From assembly GCA_963699885.1 (NCBI GenBank), contig CAVOVP010000014.1, positions 45,856 through 109,855 of the forward strand: DNA of 64,000 bases, written 5' to 3'. The notes under the pieces are model-generated. The model saw nothing but the letters and a program-made list of their open reading frames with translations, searched no databases and had not been told where the DNA came from. The first letter of the stretch is position 1. Each line of letters opens with the position of its first letter. Positions 28,712 through 38,619 of the stretch are shown in pieces. A program made the translations under genes and the position numbers. The stretch comes from an uncultured Acidobacteriota bacterium (GTDB lineage Bacteria > Acidobacteriota > Terriglobia > Terriglobales > Acidobacteriaceae).

Positions 28712-29619
28712 CTAGCGGCCGCCCGAAACAGGTCCCAATTGCCGGATCAAACTGATGACGGCAGGACCAATCGTGACAAAAATAATCGACGGCAGAACAA
28801 AGATGACCAGTGGGGGAACCATCTTGATGGTGGTCTTTGCAGCCTGTTCTTCGGCCCGCTGCCGGCGCTCCGTGCGGAGGGAGTCCGAATGCACGCGGAG
28901 AGCTTGAGCGACGCTGGTACCGAAGCGATCCGTCTGAATCAGTGTACCAACCAGGGATCGGATGTCGTCAACACCGGTGCGGTCGACCAGATTGCGCGAG
29001 AGCTTCTGCACGGGGTTTTCCGGCGCGCATCTCGAGATTGACGAGGTGGAACTCATCGCTGAGATCGGGATGAGCGTGGCCGAGATCCTGTGCCGACACG
29101 CATGAGGGCCTGATCGAGTGCGAGGCCGGCTTCGACGCAAATGACGGTGAGATCGAGGGCATCGGGGAGTCCAAGGCGGATGCGGTTCTGACGGTCTTTA
29201 ATCATGCGCTTCAGGATGAAGCGCGGAAGGAAAAATCCGAGGCCGGGAATGCCGGCGAGCAAGAAAGGATTGTCGATGCCGGCAAGAAAGAAGGACGCCG
29301 ACGAACCCGATACCTGCCATGAGCACGCGGGCGCCGAAGTAGTAGTTGACGTCGATGGCGTCGCGGAATCCAGCTTGAATCAGCCAGGCGCCGGGTACGG
29401 GAAACGTCGCTGGGAGACGGCGGAATCGCTTTGCTCAGCGGGTCCAGCGCCTGCTCGATCCGTTCGCGCATGGCGGGCTTGGCCTGGACGGCCTGCGTCT
29501 GCTGGCCGCCGAGAGCGCGCAAGCGAGCTCCGAGGACCGAACTTGGGGTCACAACGGCCGCGCCGAAGGCGAAGACCGCCAATGACGACGGTAACGAAGA
29601 TCACAATAATCAGGAGCAT
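28712..29619 (-). pseudogene. tadC: TadC (T2SSF-type Tad platform protein) broken by five +1 frame changes
   Basis: The segments read MLLIIVIFVTVVI | AVFAFGAAVV...PSPSDVSRTR | [33 protein letters not shown] | [63 protein letters not shown] | [34 protein letters not shown] | RNLVDRTGVDDIRSLVGTLIQTDRFGTSVAQALRVHSDSLRTERRQRAEEQAAKTTIKMVPPLVIFVLPSIIFVTIGPAV... Junctions are near 29580, 29389, 29288, 29098 and 28997. Confidence 0.75.
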
Positions 29620-29637
29620 GGCTATTTCCCTGAAGTC

Positions 29638-30609
29638 CTAAACCTGAATCCGGATAATCTTGCGGATCACGAAGTATCCGATCGTCTGCAAAGTAATTCC
29701 AGCCACCAGCAAAGTGTGGCCAATCGGATCTTTAAACAGTGGATCGATGAAGCTGCGGTTCAGCGCCAGCATGGTAGCAACAATAATGGGAGGCATGCCC
29801 ATCAGCAACCCCATGGTGAGGCGGCCTTGGGCGGTATAAACCCGGACCTGGCGTTGAATTTTGAAACGCTCGCGAATAACGTAGGAAAGATTGTCGAGAA
29901 TTTCGGCCAGGTTGCCGCCGGTTTCGCGTTGCAGCATTACGGCGGTGACGAAGAACTTCACGTCGACGAGAGGAACGCGCTCCGTAAGGTTGAGCAAGGC
30001 ATCACGGACCGGCATACCAAATTTTTGTTCTTCATAGAGCTGACGAAATTCGCTGGCAATCGGCTCGGCGATTTCGTTGGTGATCATTTCAAGGGCGGTG
30101 GTGAAGGCGTGTCCGGCACGTACCGCGCGCGCCAGCGTGTCGATGGCTTCAGGGAAAAGCTCTTCAAACTTTTCGAAGCGCTTGCTGCGGCGGACGGAGA
30201 AATACGAGTAGGGGATGATGAGGCCGACGAGCAGGGCGATCCATCCAACTTCGAGGCGAAGGCTGAACCCATAGCCGACAATGGCGAGGCCGACGGCGGA
30301 GAGAGCGCAGAGTCCGAGAAAGTTGCCGACGCGCATGTCGGAGCCGGCTTGCGCCAACATTTTCTGCAGGGCGGAAACGCGAGCGGACCGCCTCAGTAAA
30401 GTATCGAGAGCCGGGATACGGCTCATTTGCTCGTCGCGCAATAGAGCGAGTTCGTCTTCGGCGGCGAGCTCAGGAGCCCTGCGCTCGTTGGCAAGGCGAT
30501 CTTTGATCAGGCGGGCTTGTGCGCTGCGCTGATCGAACAAAGAGAACACCGAGAAGGCCAGGAAGGCGACCACCCCGAAGACGACAATCGCGAGTAAGAG
30601 TGCAGACAT
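29638..30609 (-). CDS. tadB: TadB (T2SSF-type Tad platform protein)
   Basis: ATG at 30609 (MSALLLAIVVFGVVAFLAFSVF...). T2SSF domain FPEAIDTLARAVRAGHAFTTALEMI...LQRETGGNLAEILDNLSYVIRERF. The ORF-track extension to 30735 overlaps cpaF and is rejected. Confidence 0.85.
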   Translation of the reverse strand: MSALLLAIVVFGVVAFLAFSVFSLFDQRSAQARLIKDRLANERRAPELAAEDELALLRDEQMSRIPALDTLLRRSARVSALQKMLAQAGSDMRVGNFLGLCALSAVGLAIVGYGFSLRLEVGWIALLVGLIIPYSYFSVRRSKRFEKFEELFPEAIDTLARAVRAGHAFTTALEMITNEIAEPIASEFRQLYEEQKFGMPVRDALLNLTERVPLVDVKFFVTAVMLQRETGGNLAEILDNLSYVIRERFKIQRQVRVYTAQGRLTMGLLMGMPPIIVATMLALNRSFIDPLFKDPIGHTLLVAGITLQTIGYFVIRKIIRIQV

Positions 30610-30616
30610 GTTGAAC

Positions 30617-31912
30617 CTAGACCTCAGCCTTCGATTCAAACAACGCCGGACGTAACCGGGCGCCAGATGTGGCCAGGCGCTCGGCGAACTTCGGACGAAT
30701 TCCGGTCGCGCGGAACGAACCGCGAACCTTGCCACCTTCGTCGATCCCGGTGCGATCGAAAGAGAAAATATCCTGCATGCCGATGGAGTCAGCCTCCATG
30801 CCGGTGACTTCAGAAATAGTGGTGACTTTGCGTGTTCCGTCGGAGAGGCGGGCGATCTGGATCACCGCATGCACGGCGGATGAAATTTGCTGGCGGACAG
30901 CCCGCTCGGGAATATTCAGGTTCGCCATCGAAACCATATTTTCAATACGAGCCATGGCGTCGCGAGGAGAGTTGGCGTGGACCGTGGTAAGCGATCCTTC
31001 GTGGCCCGTGTTCATCGCCTGCAACATATCGAACGCTTCTTCGCCGCGGACCTCGCCAACCACGATGCGGTCGGGGCGCATGCGCAAACTATTGATGACC
31101 AACTGCCGCTGGCGAACGGCGCCCTTGCCTTCGATGTTGGGTGGGCGCGTTTCCAAACGGACGATGTTTTCCTGTTTCAACTGCAGCTCGGCCGCATCTT
31201 CGATGGACACGATGCGTTCGGTATTCGGAATGTATCCGGATAGCACGTTCAGCAGTGTGGTTTTGCCAGCGCCGGTTCCGCCGGATACGAGAATGTTGAG
31301 ACGGCCCTTGACCATGGCTGAAAGGAGTTCCAGCATTTGCTCGGTTAGGGTCTGGTTCTCGATCATCTGCCGGGCAGTGACGGGTTCGCGTCCGAAGCGG
31401 CGAATGGAGAGACACGGACCATCGAGCGCGAGCGGCGGAATGATGGCGTTGACACGAGATCCATCGGTGAGGCGCGCATCCACCATGGGGGACGACTCGT
31501 CAACGCGTCGGCCCACGCGGGATACGATGCGCTCGATGATCTGCATCAAGTGGACATTGTCTTTAAAGGAAAGAGTAGTGAGTTCGAGCTTGCCCGCTTT
31601 TTCAATGTAGACGCGATCGTAACGGTTGACCAGAATGTCGGAGATGTTGGGATCTTTGAGCAACTGCTCGAGAGGACCCAATCCGAAGATCTCGTCGAGA
31701 ATTTCGCGCGAGAGCCGTTCGCGCTCGGCAAAACTGAGCGGCACCACTTCGCCGTTGACGACTGCGCGGATGACGACAAGGACTTCGTCGCGCGCGGAGT
31801 CTCCGGCGGCCTTGCCGAGTTTCTCGAGATCCAAACGGTCGAGAACCTTGCGATGCAGGTCGGCCTTGACCTGCTGAATGTCGGTGCGCTCGAACGATTG
31901 AAGGTTTGCCAT
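30617..31912 (-). CDS. cpaF: CpaF/TadA Tad secretion ATPase
   Basis: [54 protein letters not shown]. Confidence 0.9.
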   Translation of the reverse strand: MANLQSFERTDIQQVKADLHRKVLDRLDLEKLGKAAGDSARDEVLVVIRAVVNGEVVPLSFAERERLSREILDEIFGLGPLEQLLKDPNISDILVNRYDRVYIEKAGKLELTTLSFKDNVHLMQIIERIVSRVGRRVDESSPMVDARLTDGSRVNAIIPPLALDGPCLSIRRFGREPVTARQMIENQTLTEQMLELLSAMVKGRLNILVSGGTGAGKTTLLNVLSGYIPNTERIVSIEDAAELQLKQENIVRLETRPPNIEGKGAVRQRQLVINSLRMRPDRIVVGEVRGEEAFDMLQAMNTGHEGSLTTVHANSPRDAMARIENMVSMANLNIPERAVRQQISSAVHAVIQIARLSDGTRKVTTISEVTGMEADSIGMQDIFSFDRTGIDEGGKVRGSFRATGIRPKFAERLATSGARLRPALFESKAEV

Positions 31913-31925
31913 AAACGTCTAAATC

Positions 31926-33098
31926 CTAGACTGACTTGAATAGCGACCACGCAGCGCGCTTTACGTCGACGTCGTTGCGAGTGAGTTCCTGCGCGAGTCC
32001 GGAAAAGCAGCGAGCGATTTCGGAATTTCGTTGATCCATCACCGGGGTGCCACGATCAATGGCGCTGGACACGGCGAAGTATTGATTGGGAACGCGCCAT
32101 AGGAGCTTCGCGCCAACCGCGGCTTCGGCGTCAGCTTCGCTGAAGCCTGGAACTTTGCGATAACGATTCAGTACGAGACGCACACGCTCGCGGCTTCCAG
32201 TCTCACCGAGGTATTGCTGCACGCGAGCCGCGCTCCACAGGGAAGCAACATCGCTGCAGGCAACGAGCAAAACCGTTTCGGAAAGGCTTGCAATGAGCCT
32301 GCTGGCGGCGTCAAAGCGAGATGACGCGTCGACCACAACGTAGCGGTAGTGCGTGACCAGCATGTCGAAAAGACGAACAAACTCGGCGGTAGAAGGATCG
32401 ACTGCCGCCGGGACATTGCTTCCCGCGAGAAGTTGCAGCCCGCCGTTGTGACGCGTCATGAAACTCTCGAGCAGGGAAGCATCCATGCGATGAAGGTTGC
32501 GGGTTGCGTCCGACACGGTGAAGACCGGCTTCAGGTTCATGTGAAGGGCGGCGTGGCCGAGGGGCGCAAGATCGACGAGAGCGGTCTGGCTGTGTGCCGA
32601 TTGCAGGGCCAGAGCGAGATTCACGGCAACGGTGGTCGAGCCGTTTCCGCCCTTGGCGTTGATGACCGAGAACACCTTGCCGCGCAGGCCTTCCGAGCGT
32701 CCACGGCGCTGTGCACTGGTAAGGCGAACGAAGGCCTCAAGAAGATCGGTGGTGGTGGTGGGGCGTTCGATGAATTCGCGCGCACCGGCACGCATGGCAT
32801 TCACGATGACTTGAGGGTGACTGAGGCTGCCGATCGCGAAGATTGCGGTTTCCGGCATTTCCTGGTGAAGCAGTTCAATCGCACGCAATGCTTGCGCAGC
32901 GCTGTCGGCGGGGATATCTACAAGAATCGCATCGGGAGTGAGTCCGCGAACTCGCCGGGCAATGGGGTCAGACGCAGCAACCGGAAGACTCGCAGACGCA
33001 TGGGCTGTCCGGGCAACGTTCGTGTTGTCGACCAGCACCTGGAGAAGGGCCCGTTGCTCGTTGTCGGTAGCGACAATGACGACTGTACTCTCTGCCAT
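31926..33098 (-). CDS. cpaE: CpaE/TadZ-like protein: pseudo-receiver domain plus MinD/ParA-type ATPase
   Basis: N-terminal response-regulator-like fold (VVIVATDNEQ...AILVDIP...) followed by the deviant Walker A VINAKGGNGSTTVAVNLA. Positioned between cpaC and cpaF. Confidence 0.8.
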   Translation of the reverse strand: MAESTVVIVATDNEQRALLQVLVDNTNVARTAHASASLPVAASDPIARRVRGLTPDAILVDIPADSAAQALRAIELLHQEMPETAIFAIGSLSHPQVIVNAMRAGAREFIERPTTTTDLLEAFVRLTSAQRRGRSEGLRGKVFSVINAKGGNGSTTVAVNLALALQSAHSQTALVDLAPLGHAALHMNLKPVFTVSDATRNLHRMDASLLESFMTRHNGGLQLLAGSNVPAAVDPSTAEFVRLFDMLVTHYRYVVVDASSRFDAASRLIASLSETVLLVACSDVASLWSAARVQQYLGETGSRERVRLVLNRYRKVPGFSEADAEAAVGAKLLWRVPNQYFAVSSAIDRGTPVMDQRNSEIARCFSGLAQELTRNDVDVKRAAWSLFKSV

Positions 33099-33162
33099 AG
33101 CAACCTAAGGCCCAATAGAACTTGGTTCTCCCGTGCCGAGCCCTGCACGAGAAGCAATCCGA

Positions 33163-34584
33163 TTACTTGCTCTTATCAAACTTGCCGGGATCCAAATACG
33201 GCTTTGGGGCCATGGGTGGAGCGACCGGTTCGTTGCTTGGAGAAACGCGCCGCACCGTGCACAGAACCATCAGTTCCGAATTGCTTTTCTGAAGGCTCTT
33301 GCTGCGGAAGAAGTTTCCGAGAATCGGGATGTCCCCGAGCCCGGGAATTTTGTTGTAAATGTCGGTGACACGGTTGTCCATGAGGCCGGCGATCACGAAA
33401 CTCTGACCGTCCTGCACTTCGAACTCGGTTTCCGCTTTCCGCGTGCTCAGAGCTGGGACGGTGAATCCGGAGATCGTGAGTGCATTGGCGAAGTCGAGAG
33501 TACTGACCTCGGGCGCCACGCTCAAATGAATATTTCCATTCGGAGTGATGACGGGAGTGAATTCCAATCGCACGCCGAATTCTTTGAATGAAATGGTGAC
33601 TGCAGTAAAACCGGCCCCCGGTTGCACGATGGGGAAGGGAAATTGTCCGCCAGCCAGGAAACTAGCTTTCTTGCCGTTGACGGCGATCAAGTTTGGCTCG
33701 GCGAGAATCTGCAGGAGGTTCTTAGTCTCGAGCGCTTCGATCACCGCTCCAAAGTTGATGTCTGGCCGGAAGACGAACAAGTTGAGGACGTTGCCGATCG
33801 TCTGGCCGGCCGAGGTGGTAGTGCCGTTCTGAGTTGTTAGAGTTTGCGGCCCGAAGCCACCGTATTGGCCGGTCGAGACTGTGCCGATCGTGTTGGCGCC
33901 GCCATTGGAAACAAAATTTATGCCCAACTGGGCGAGAGCGGTGCGATCGACTTCCGCGAACTTCACCTGCAACAGAACTTCCTGCGCGCCAACGGGTCCG
34001 AAGGTGAGGACGTTGACGACTTTCGGTGAATAAGCGCTGGCGAGTTCTCCTGCACGCTTCGAGACATCTTCGGTGGAAACGTGTCCGGAGAGAACGACCG
34101 CAGCCCGCGATGGGGTCACGGTGATCTGCTCATCCGGAAATACGCGGCGCTCTTCTTCGGCGCAGGCGCTGACGTCGACATCGACACGGAGGTCGAAGCT
34201 GCGCGAACGCTCGAGTTCATCCCAGATCAAAAGAGAAACTTCTCCAGGCGCTTTTCCGTGAACGAGAATCTGCGTCGGGGTGATGACTTGTGCGAAGGCG
34301 ATGGCGGGATCGGTAATGGAGATGCGACGAAGACGCTCCGTCGTGTTGATCAGAAGTGATTTGCCGACCATCACGCGCAGGGGCGCGGATCCCTGCGGCT
34401 GTTGAGTCTGCGCGGGCAGTGTTGCGGTCTGGGTGCCGGTGGAAGGTGGCGCCGCCGCGGGCGCTTGTGCCGGAGTTTCTGCTTGCTGCACGGTTTCGGA
34501 GAATGCGGGTAACACGAAGGTGGCCGCGAGCAACAGAATCCCGAGCGAACATAAGCGGACATTCATTTTCGAAGTTGTCTCCAT
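33163..34584 (-). CDS. cpaC: CpaC/RcpA secretin
   Basis: BON-like N-terminal region. Secretin C-domain LQILAEPNLIAVNGKKASFLAGGQFPFP...SFKEFGVRLEFTPVI...VPALSTRKAETEFEVQDGQSFVIAGLM...IPGLGDIPILGNFFRS. Start at ATG 34584 or 34566 (signal peptide MNVRLCSLGILLLAATFVLPAFS). Confidence 0.85.
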   Translation of the reverse strand: METTSKMNVRLCSLGILLLAATFVLPAFSETVQQAETPAQAPAAAPPSTGTQTATLPAQTQQPQGSAPLRVMVGKSLLINTTERLRRISITDPAIAFAQVITPTQILVHGKAPGEVSLLIWDELERSRSFDLRVDVDVSACAEEERRVFPDEQITVTPSRAAVVLSGHVSTEDVSKRAGELASAYSPKVVNVLTFGPVGAQEVLLQVKFAEVDRTALAQLGINFVSNGGANTIGTVSTGQYGGFGPQTLTTQNGTTTSAGQTIGNVLNLFVFRPDINFGAVIEALETKNLLQILAEPNLIAVNGKKASFLAGGQFPFPIVQPGAGFTAVTISFKEFGVRLEFTPVITPNGNIHLSVAPEVSTLDFANALTISGFTVPALSTRKAETEFEVQDGQSFVIAGLMDNRVTDIYNKIPGLGDIPILGNFFRSKSLQKSNSELMVLCTVRRVSPSNEPVAPPMAPKPYLDPGKFDKSK

Positions 34585-34637
34585 GTAAGGAAACCGGCCC
34601 GAGCGCAGAAAATCTTGGAGAATCGAATGTTTGCGAG

Positions 34638-35513
34638 TCACTTGCCCTCGCCACAATTGCCGTTGTCGTCGCATTTGACCACGTCGGGTTTCTTGTCGCC
34701 CTGAAAAACCTCAACGCTGACGCCGGTTGAAGCGGGAGTCACAGGCGCGGGTTTCGGCGCCACATGGTGAACGGCAGCGTGCACGGGCGTCGTCGGGGCG
34801 ACGATCGGCAACCCCTTGTAAAGTCCCCTGGAGTTCGAGGAAGGAACGTCATCCGCCTTGGTGTCGAGTGGATTGCGCAGCGCGAGCTGAATGTGTCCCT
34901 GGGCGCTGGCGAGAGTAAGTCTCTGAGCATCGTCTGGCGAAACCAGAAGAGTGATGACGGCGGTGTTCTGGGCTTCACCCGTCGAGGTTCGCTCGAGGGT
35001 GTGCCCCGAGGCGAGCACCGCGACGTTCTGCAGAACCGTTGTCGTTTGTTGATCTCCATTGCCGCCGGGAGTGCCGGTCAGCAGGACATCGACACGCGTC
35101 CCCGGGGTTACGAATCCGGCGACGGAGACGACTTCGTTCACGCGAACCGATACGGCGCGCATGCCCGGAGGAATCAGGGATGGAAGTCCGGAGCCGGCGT
35201 TCTCTGCGGCGAGGCGATTCGGCAGAATGAACTCGCCTCTGGAAATGGGGATGATGACGCCGTGGCCGATGACCTCGGAGCGTTTGCGCGGCGCACCTGG
35301 AGGCAGGTCTGCGCCTGGAATCCGGATAATCTTGATGTCGTGCTCTTCCACGCGGGCGCCAACCTGGAGATCGTTGGCGGCTACCATGACGTCGATCCCA
35401 GGATCACCGCCGCTGCCGCTTTTCGATTGCAAGGTCTTGTAGACGAAAACACTTACCAGCAATCCCACCGCAAGCGCCAAAGCCCCAATCATCAACAAAC
35501 GTGTGCGATTCAT
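34638..35513 (-). CDS. cpaB: CpaB/RcpC Flp pilus assembly protein
   Basis: N-terminal TM MNRTRLLMIGALALAVGLLVSVFVY. SAF-like domain VMVAANDLQVGARVEEHDIKII, then an RcpC beta-rich region. Confidence 0.85.
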   Translation of the reverse strand: MNRTRLLMIGALALAVGLLVSVFVYKTLQSKSGSGGDPGIDVMVAANDLQVGARVEEHDIKIIRIPGADLPPGAPRKRSEVIGHGVIIPISRGEFILPNRLAAENAGSGLPSLIPPGMRAVSVRVNEVVSVAGFVTPGTRVDVLLTGTPGGNGDQQTTTVLQNVAVLASGHTLERTSTGEAQNTAVITLLVSPDDAQRLTLASAQGHIQLALRNPLDTKADDVPSSNSRGLYKGLPIVAPTTPVHAAVHHVAPKPAPVTPASTGVSVEVFQGDKKPDVVKCDDNGNCGEGK

Positions 35514-35567
35514 GCCGTTTCCTTAGAACGCAATCACAATCTGGCCCGACCTAAATGCTTTGGCTTG

Positions 35568-35735
35568 CTACTGGATAGAGCTGGCGACGTTTGAGAAGAC
35601 GTTGTTGGCATTGGATCCGATCAAGCGGATGGTTCCGACGACAATCACGAGGATAACCGCCAGCATGACCGCATATTCCGCGATATCTTGCCCCTGTTCT
35701 TCGCACCACAGCCGACGTGCTGCCTGTAGAAACAT
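35568..35735 (-). CDS. flp: Flp-family type IVb pilin
   Basis: 55 aa, MFLQAARRLWCEEQGQDIAEYAVMLAVILVIVVGTIRLIGSNANNVFSNVASSIQ. It has the G/xxxxEY Flp motif and a hydrophobic helix. GGAG lies upstream of the ATG at 35735. Confidence 0.8.
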   Translation of the reverse strand: MFLQAARRLWCEEQGQDIAEYAVMLAVILVIVVGTIRLIGSNANNVFSNVASSIQ

Positions 35736-36133
35736 TGTTTTTCTCTCCTGCTCGCCGAATTCGAGATCGATAGGAATGGTTACGGGAGCCACGCTGGGAA
35801 CGATTTGCGGCTCTCCCCACTCAACTTACGGTAATCATACCTGCATCTTGGAGGAAAGTGACAAATTCTTGCACCTGTTGGGTAACCAACGGTAACAGGG
35901 GCGGACAAGAGTCTTGTCGCGTAGGGGAATCGAGATGTACAAGGGCACGGACTTGACGACGACGGTGCCGGATGGGGGAGGCGGCGGACTGAAAACGAGG
36001 CCCGCACCCGGGCAGCGAATGGAAATAGGGGTGTTGGCGGGGTACAATCGCGACCGTCCGGCAACTGAACGTCTCCGAGACCCCGATTTCCGCCCGATCC
36101 CACAAGACGATTGGCCGTCTTTTCGTTCTGGCC

Positions 36134-37330
36134 GTGGTTGCCATGCACATTTTCTTTCTATGGAGGGTGCGAGACCGCATCGCGCGAGGAGACCCAGATT
36201 TCACGGTTTTTTACACGGCCGGGAAGGTTCTTCGTGAGGGGAAAGGCGCTCAGCTATACGACCCCTATACCCAGCAGGCTGCCCAGAGGGAATTCACCGC
36301 CAATTCCGACATACGGCGCGGGCCCTTGCCCTATATCCATCCACCATTCGAAGCATTGGTCTTTCTGCCGCTGACGTTCTTTTCGTACCCGGTAGCCTTC
36401 GTGTTGTGGGGACTGGTGAATTTGGGATTGCTGCTTGGGGTGATGTTGGTTTTGCGGGATTCGGTGCACCTGTTGCGCGAGATCTCGCCACCGGAAATGG
36501 TTCTCTGGTCGTTGGCGTTCTTTCCCGTGTTCGCGACGTTTCATCAAGGGCAGGATGCGATTTTGCTTTTACTCGTATTGGCGCTGGGATTTCGCGCTCT
36601 GAACGAGAGAGCGGAATTCAGGGCTGGCTGCTGGCTTGGGTTTGGAGTGTTCAAGTATCACCTGATCCTTCCGATCATTCTGATCCTCGTGATCTGGAAA
36701 GGCAGGAAGCTACTCTTCGGATTCCTGACCACCGGTGCCTGTCTGGCATTCATGTCATTGGCGCTCGTCGGGTGGCGAGCGGCCTTGCAGTATCCGGTGT
36801 ACGCGCTGCATATCGCGTCGAATGCCGGTTTCGGCGGGATACCTCCGCGCCAGTTGCCGAACCTGTTGGGGTTGCTGGCAGGGTGGAATTTCTTGGGCGA
36901 ACCGGGGTGGCCGGTTCAGGCTTGTGTCCTGGTTTGCGCCGCGGCTCTATTAATTGTCGTCGCTATGCTTCGCAGGTATGTGAACGAACCGCACGTTTCG
37001 AATCTGGGTGTGGCCTGTGCAGTGATCTCGGCTCTGCTGGTCGGCTACAACACCAATACTTATGACCTGTCGCTATTGATGCTCGCGCTGGTTTTGGTCG
37101 CTGACTATTGGCTGCGAGAGCTACCGATGCAGCGCAGAAAGAATCTGTCGCTTGTCGTGCCAGCAGTCCCTTTGTTGATCAGTCCACTCTGGTTCTTTCT
37201 ATGGATGCGATGGGAGAGAATCAATCTGATCGCCATTTTTCTTGTGTGGTGGGTGTTCGCGATCAGAAAAGAGATACTGCGTTCAACCGCGAATGCAAAC
37301 AAGACGGCCGGTTTGCGAGTGTCTAACTGA
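36134..37330 (+). CDS. GT87/DUF2029-type polytopic glycosyltransferase-like membrane protein
   Basis: RVRDRIARGDPDFTVFYTAGKVLREGKGAQLYD... followed by about 9 TM segments. The GTG start at 36134 falls inside what looks like the first TM helix (the in-frame upstream reading ...TIGRLFVLAVVAM has no start codon), so the 5' end is uncertain. Confidence 0.6.
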   Translation: MVAMHIFFLWRVRDRIARGDPDFTVFYTAGKVLREGKGAQLYDPYTQQAAQREFTANSDIRRGPLPYIHPPFEALVFLPLTFFSYPVAFVLWGLVNLGLLLGVMLVLRDSVHLLREISPPEMVLWSLAFFPVFATFHQGQDAILLLLVLALGFRALNERAEFRAGCWLGFGVFKYHLILPIILILVIWKGRKLLFGFLTTGACLAFMSLALVGWRAALQYPVYALHIASNAGFGGIPPRQLPNLLGLLAGWNFLGEPGWPVQACVLVCAAALLIVVAMLRRYVNEPHVSNLGVACAVISALLVGYNTNTYDLSLLMLALVLVADYWLRELPMQRRKNLSLVVPAVPLLISPLWFFLWMRWERINLIAIFLVWWVFAIRKEILRSTANANKTAGLRVSN

Positions 37331-37332
37331 GA

Positions 37333-38619
37333 ATGTGGAAACGCGTATCTTCGGTTATTGTCGCAGTGCTGATGGCTGTAGCGATGTGGGTGTGGGTGCA
37401 GAGGATCGCTATTCCTCACCAGCAAGCTGAGTCGGCGGCTCGCGATGCTCCGCGCGGAAATCTTTCGGATCTGTATCCGCGGTGGCTGGGCGCCCGCGAA
37501 CTGTTGCTTCACCGACGCGATCCGTATAGCAGGGAAATCACGCAACAGATTCAGGTCGGGTACTACGGCCGGCTTCTCGACCCATCGCGACCGAACGATC
37601 CTAAAGATCAGCAGGCGTTTGCCTATCCTGTTTACATAGTATTTCTGCTCGCTCCAACGGTTGAATTGCCGTTTCCTGTGGTGCAGAGAGTCGTCTTCTG
37701 GATGTTCTTGGCGCTCACAGCGGGTTCGCTTTTCTTATGGCTGGAAGCGGTCGGATGGCGCGTCTCGACGGCGACGAAGCTGATCTGGATTTTACTGACA
37801 CTAAGCTGTTTTCCGGCGATTCAAGGTTTAAAGCTGCAGCAATTATCCGTTCTGGCGGCGGCGCTCATTGCCGGATCGATGAGCGCTATTGCACGCCGCC
37901 ATTTCTTTTGGGCCGGGATACTGCTTGCGGTGGCGACGATCAAGCCGCAACTCGTTGCGCTGCCAATCTTGTGGTTCTGCATCTGGGTAATCGGGAACTG
38001 GCGTGACCGACAGCGAGCGTTCTGGAGTTTCGCAATTACCACGGCGGTACTGGTTCTGGGAGGAGAAGTTTTGCTGCCGGGATGGATTCACGAATTTCGG
38101 GCGGCCCTGGCTGCCTACTACCAGTACACCGGCGGCGGCAAGTCGGTGCTCGATGTCGTTCTTTCGCCGGTGTGGGGAAGGATCGTTTCCCTTGTCCTCG
38201 TTGCCGCGTTAGTTGCACTCACCTGGCGAGTCCGCCGGGCTGGAGAAGATACCCGTGAATTCCAATGGTCCATGGCGTTGTCATTGGCGATCACTCTGGC
38301 CATCATTCCAATGTTCGCACCGTATAACCAGGTTCTGCTCATTCCGGGCTTGATGGTGATCGTGCGTTCGATTCGTGAGCTTTGGAGGAAGAATCGAATG
38401 TCGCGATTCTTCGTCGTTGTGACAGCGACCGCGGTGTTTTTCCCGTGGTTCAGCGCCTTGGGGCTAGTGATCGCGCTGCTATTCATGCCGGCAAGCAAGG
38501 TGCAGGTGGCATGGGGCCTGCCGTTCTACCCCAGCTTTGCGATCCCGGTAACGATTCTCGCCTTGCTGTTATTCACCCGAAACTCGCTAAAACCCGCGGA
38601 TGCCGCTGAAAGTGCCTGA
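37333..38619 (+). CDS. GT87/DUF2029-type polytopic glycosyltransferase-like membrane protein (paralog)
   Basis: NLSDLYPRWLGARELLLHRRDPYS..., multiple TM segments. It starts 3 nt after the stop of the previous gene. Confidence 0.65.
   Translation: MWKRVSSVIVAVLMAVAMWVWVQRIAIPHQQAESAARDAPRGNLSDLYPRWLGARELLLHRRDPYSREITQQIQVGYYGRLLDPSRPNDPKDQQAFAYPVYIVFLLAPTVELPFPVVQRVVFWMFLALTAGSLFLWLEAVGWRVSTATKLIWILLTLSCFPAIQGLKLQQLSVLAAALIAGSMSAIARRHFFWAGILLAVATIKPQLVALPILWFCIWVIGNWRDRQRAFWSFAITTAVLVLGGEVLLPGWIHEFRAALAAYYQYTGGGKSVLDVVLSPVWGRIVSLVLVAALVALTWRVRRAGEDTREFQWSMALSLAITLAIIPMFAPYNQVLLIPGLMVIVRSIRELWRKNRMSRFFVVVTATAVFFPWFSALGLVIALLFMPASKVQVAWGLPFYPSFAIPVTILALLLFTRNSLKPADAAESA

Noticed and set aside
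28712-29619. Programmed +1 ribosomal frameshifting as an explanation for the five tadC breaks
   Set aside because: The five junction contexts (gtcattggcgg, cggcgcctgg, cttctttcttg, atgcgtgtcgg, ctcgcgcaat) share no slippery or stall motif and no upstream SD-like stimulator, unlike the prfB paradigm. Five programmed events in one gene would be unprecedented. Indels, whether real or artefactual, are far more likely.
30669-33368. 313-aa and 339-aa plus-strand ORFs opposite cpaF and cpaE
   Set aside because: They are antisense to genes with Walker motifs and clear homology, so they are shadow ORFs.
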